Shown piece after piece: positions 54,140 to 58,938 of a stretch of DNA of 58,938 nt. The stretch is from NCBI RefSeq assembly GCF_006345805.1, contig NW_021834398.1:1-58938 (forward strand), read 5' to 3'. The stretch's first letter is position 1. Each line of letters starts with the position of its first letter. The notes beneath the pieces are model-generated. The model had not been told where the DNA came from, searched no databases, and worked only from the letters and a program-made list of their open reading frames with translations. This DNA comes from Octopus sinensis. Lineage: Eukaryota. The position numbers were made by a program, and so were the translations under genes.

Positions 54140-54330
54140 AATATAGCAGAAAAACTGGATCTAGGAGATTCATATCTGTATCCGTGTGGGGAAGAGATGT
54201 GAGTCATGTCGGATATTCAACCATAACTATGATTAAATATCAGTTATGTTTAAATATCCGATATGACTCACATCTCTTTCTCACACGGATAAAAATATGA
54301 ATCTCCTAGATCCAATTTTTCTGCTATATT
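54140..54330. mobile_element. 191-bp foldback (MITE-like) element
   Basis: aatatagcagaaaaactggatctaggagattcatat...cataact pairs with agttatg...atatgaatctcctagatccaatttttctgctatatt; loop about 13 nt. Confidence 0.8.
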
Positions 54331-54366
54331 CCTTTTCAAGTTCCTTGTATTATGGTTTCTGCTTCC

Positions 54367-54461
54367 TGTACTGAAGAGTACGTTAATATTTAATTAATTT
54401 AAGTTAATTCAGTCATGAATTTACATTATTATCATATCTCTGTACGAAACGATCGTCTGCG
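54367..54461 (+). ncRNA. Type-I hammerhead ribozyme candidate, canonical core, long loop II
   Basis: TGTA CTGAAGA GTAC (60 nt) GTAC GAA ACGATCGT C TGCG; GUC site at 54455-54457. Confidence 0.55.
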
Positions 54462-54789
54462 AGAATTAAACTTCTTAAATATTTTACAGCATGTCTCTTC
54501 CATTTTAAGCTAAACTGATGCGTTTTATGGAACTTCATTCCATAAATTCACCATATATTATATACACGTACTACTTACATATCTCCCCAAATTTACGCCT
54601 GTAAACTCCCAGCAAAGTATGAAGAATCAACATTAGAAATTGTTTTTGGAAACCTCCAAATTAAAGGACGAATCCACATTCAACATCTATACAACCACAT
54701 ATATATATAGACCGCTATATATATAGGCCATGATGGATCGCTAGCCACTACACATTCTTTATTTTCTGTCCTTGTTTCTTTCTGTGCTC

Positions 54790-54825
54790 CTTTCTGTGGA
54801 AGAGCGTAGGCTCGAAACGTTAAAG
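54790..54825 (+). ncRNA. Minimal hammerhead-like motif, A6U core, GUU site, in repeat 54745-54915
   Basis: CTTT CTGTGGA A GAGC gtag GCTC GAAA CGTT AAAG. Confidence 0.45.
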
Positions 54826-54914
54826 ACTTTTTCACTTCCTGAGCGTTAACCTAATACGTCTGTTTGTTGTCTACATCACCCGTCTTCGTCTTTTGTTTTT
54901 TGTGAATTATCCCC

Positions 54915-54954
<40 letters not shown>

Positions 54955-54980
54955 TATGTATGTATATGTATGTATATATG

Positions 54981-55012
<32 letters not shown>

Positions 55013-55202
55013 TGTATGTATGTATGTATGTATGTATATGTATGGGAAATAATTAAGATTCAGTTGAATTAGGTACTTAATTTGAGGCACCAACTCAGTT
55101 TGGTGTGGTACGCACAGCTCGAAATTAGGTGAATAAAAAGCAAATAAGTAACAAGGATGTCAAGGTATTGCTTTATATTTATTTATATATATATATATAA
55201 TA

Positions 55203-55278
<76 letters not shown>

Positions 55279-55671
55279 TATATACGACGGCTTCTTTTCA
55301 GTTTCCGCCTACCAAATCCACTCACAAATCTTTGGTCAATCCGATGCTATAGCAGAAGTTTGTTGTCCAAGTATGTGTATTGGGGAGAAAAGTAACCTGA
55401 CAAAATATACAGGAGCCAGCACACACCTGGATAGAAGAAATGTTTATTCAGTATCTTTCTTTTATCTTTCATTTACTTGTTTCAGTCATTAAAGTGGGGC
55501 CATGCTGGAGCACCATCTTAAAGGGGTTTAGGCTCCCTACTTATTTTATACTCTGGTACTTATCTGCCTATATCTTTTGTCAAATCGCTCGGTTGCGCGG
55601 AAGATAAGCGTAATCTAAATACAAAGAACACCTACATACATACATAAATACACATGCATAAACACACACAC

Positions 55672-55738
<67 letters not shown>

Positions 55739-56392
55739 CAAACACACACAACAGACTTCCTCTTTTCCTCACAATTCCCACCTACCAAATTCACAAAGCA
55801 TTGATTGCATCGGGTCCATAAAAGAAGATATTTGCCCGAAGTGCCGCGCAGCAGGACTGAACCCGGAATTGTATGGTTGCTAAGAGAGCTTCTGAACGAT
55901 ACAGCCACACCCGCTATATAATTCTAATATTTTCCTGTTACTTAATGGCGATAGTTTTAGTTCCATTAAACCAGGGCATTTATCGTAGACATATTTACCT
56001 GTGATGTATGAACTCATGAAATGGGAATTGTAAAACAGAAATCAAAAGAAATATTGGAATTGCTGGCAAGTCATGAAATTAATTTTCAGACATATTAACA
56101 TCAAGAAACATTAATATCGAAATGTTAAGAAAATTTTATTAAATTTCATCAAAGAAAGAAATCTAAGATATTTTGGACATTTAATTAAAAAAAATGGCTT
56201 AGAGAGTCTTTTCTTAAAAGGTGAAATGAACTGGGAGGAAAAGGAAGGAAGGAGAACGCCAAGAATTACGCGGATTAGTTTCAAGATTTAAATCGACATT
56301 CGATATATCAGGTGTGTAAGGACGGTACAAAGGTGAACATGGTGCTGATCTGTGTTTATTAAACCAGTTGGAAAGCACTGATGATGATGATG

Positions 56393-56428
<36 letters not shown>

Positions 56429-56540
56429 TTGATGATGATGATGATGATGATGATGATGAGGATGATGGTGGTGATGGTGGTGGTGGTGGTGGTGGTGGTG
56501 GTTTGGTGGTGGTGATGTATTATTATTATGTTTCTTTCTA

Positions 56541-56742
56541 AGGCAGAATCGTTAACACGCGCCGGGAAAAATGTTAAGCGGCATTTCGGCCATCTGCACT
56601 TTCAGGGTTCAAAATCCGCCGAGATCGACTTTGCCTTTCATCCTTTCGGAGTCGATAAATTAAGTACCAGTTACGCACTGGGGTCGCCGTAATCGACTAG
56701 TCCCCGTCCCAAAAATTTCAGGCCTTGTGCCTTTAGTAAAAA
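56541..56742 (+). mobile_element. SINE family B
   Basis: Family head and core gatcgactttgcctttcatcctttcggagtcgataaattaagtaccag. Confidence 0.85.
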
Positions 56743-57544
56743 CGACTGTCATGTTCCTGAGAGTGTTTTTGTATGCGATAAGAATCAGTTGCAGAATTAC
56801 TCCTCTCTTTCGCTTATGTACTCCCACTCAGTGAGTAAAATGGACTGTGAGAAGATATAGTTAACGAACACCTATGAAATACAAGCTAACCATTCTCCTG
56901 TAGGAGTAATTTGAAGCTACTTAGCAAGCACATTCTTTGTACAATTAACACCAGATAAGGAAATGTTACGAGATGAATGAATGCAATCAGAATTCTCTGC
57001 AGGTACTCCACCCCACTTTGTCTCAGTCAACATTTATTTGTGTACCAGTAAATGTACCATTACTTTTGATATCGCTCGGTTTGATATTAGGATAACAACG
57101 AACACTATGAAACTAATCTTAAACAATGATGGCTCCTATATTAAAATATAAGTTGACCTTCTATTCACCAGCTCCCCGGAAAACATCACGAGTGGGGTGC
57201 GATCGATCTTAGAGGACTGTTCATCCTAGACCTCAGAATATGCGCATCTCCCTCTTTATATCTCTTGACTATACAGAGATAACGGCTACAAAATCTTATA
57301 CAAGATGAAGGGCTATCTGGAGGACAGGTTTAGAAAGAACCTGATACAAATATTCAAGTTTAATGTAAATAAATATTATCTTAAGCAATATCCTAACATA
57401 TAAGATTTTTCCGATATAATACTAGATATAAACTATTTGCTCAATACAGAGCCAGAGAAGAAAACTGTTTACAAATACAAGATTGATTGGATGAATTTTA
57501 TAAAAAAAAAACGACTGCTCGTTTCGATTCAAATTTTTGAGTGG

Positions 57545-57605
57545 TGTGTCGAACTGAAGAGGCGCAGTCATGCCGAAACACTGGTGTCTCAGAGTCACTG
57601 ACATG
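57545..57605 (+). ncRNA. Type-I hammerhead ribozyme candidate, canonical core, GUC site
   Basis: CTGAAGA (57554-60) GGCG cagtca TGCC GAA ACAC TG GTGT C (57588); helix III self-complementary with two G.U; proximal stem I imperfect. Confidence 0.7.
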
Positions 57606-57711
57606 GAGTGCTGTCCACACACAGCGACTGTCAAAAAGAAATCCGACGACGAAAATCACATTCATAGTCCAAGGATACTAAACATGTTAACAATGCATGC
57701 ACACAACAACA

Positions 57712-57785
<74 letters not shown>

Positions 57786-58938
57786 CCTGTGTATTGTTCA
57801 GCGACTTTTTGTCCCGTGTGTCTTCTTTTGTCCTGCCTGTTTCATTTTGCCTTTCTGCGGTATGTATCTCTATCTGCGCATATGTTTTATGTTTATACCT
57901 CTGTGTGTATGTGTGCCATGTATACATATACATACATACATATATATATATACAGTAAAAAAATTATAAAAGACGGAAAATGCACAGAAATGTTATATTT
58001 TTGCATATATATTTTCGCTTATACTAATCATGATTATTGATAATGTTATGATTTTAGACTAGCCTAATAAGTTTTCAGACCATGTTAGTAGGAGGAAGAA
58101 TAATGTAAAAGCATTTTTGTCGATACTTCTCACTATATATAAATATATAAATAATAACATGTAAAATGTGTTGACCGCCTCTTTCTAATGCTTATCCACT
58201 CGTGTATATATATATATATAATGATTAACATATTTCTATATGGGACCGGAAACGAAAATATGTATAACACACCCTCATAGATATATATACACACATACAT
58301 CATATATACATACATACACAGAAGTTTATACATTATGTATGACTCTACATATGTATACATGTATCTATGTATGTGTGTATATGTATATATGTATTATATA
58401 TGTGTGTGTATGTATGTATGTGTGTATGTATGTATGTATTTATGTATGTATGTATGTGCATATATGTATGTGTGTGTATATGTGTGCATGCATGTATGTA
58501 TGTATTTATGCATGTATGTGTGTGCATACATGTATGTGTCTGTATATGTATGTATGCATGTATGTATTTATGTATGTATGTATGTATGTATGTATGCATG
58601 TTGCGATGCTATCTGCATATACATGCAGATATACATGCTTTCTCTTCAAATACAAATACATTTAAATGAACCAGCACCGAAACACTTTTGTTTTTTCTTC
58701 ATTTATAAATACTTTTCTATATTATTTTTTTCATACCAGAACTTTTCTCACCCCCTTGGCACACATCAGAATCACCCATTGTTTCATGTATACACCGCTT
58801 TTTCCCCTGACTCCCACCCTCTCCATCTCTCTCATCTTTCCCTCTTTCCTCTCTCTCTCTCTCTCCTCTCATTCTCATCTCTCTCTTTCGCATTCATTTG
58901 TGCTGTCTTACACATACATATACAAATGCATTTTAAAG

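Noticed and set aside
58255-58282. Mariner-like TIR end (tatgagggtgtg on the minus strand)
   Set aside because: Too short, no associated element body.

Overview
AT-rich animal (eukaryotic) DNA, most likely from an octopod cephalopod. That assignment is inferred from the repeat families and the extreme microsatellite load, not verified by search. No intact protein-coding gene is recognisable and most ORF-track entries are translations of microsatellites. The window is a mosaic of simple repeats, at least three tRNA-type SINE families, LINE fragments (CR1, RTE, R4/Dong-type), Tc1/mariner relics (one full-length decayed Tc1 with long TIRs, two TIR-bounded maT-like deletion derivatives, rosa-like and mariner fragments), two ~190-bp foldback elements and a perfect 580-bp tandem duplication. 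The main unexpected signal is ten minimal type-I hammerhead-ribozyme-shaped motifs in short, probably Penelope-related repeats. Two have a canonical core (54367-54461, 57545-57605). The others keep the fold but carry core variants: swaps at the 3:8 pair (G3:C8 at 26804, U3:A8 at 31891), A6C, A6U and U4C. Folding and alignment were done by eye and none of the activities is tested.
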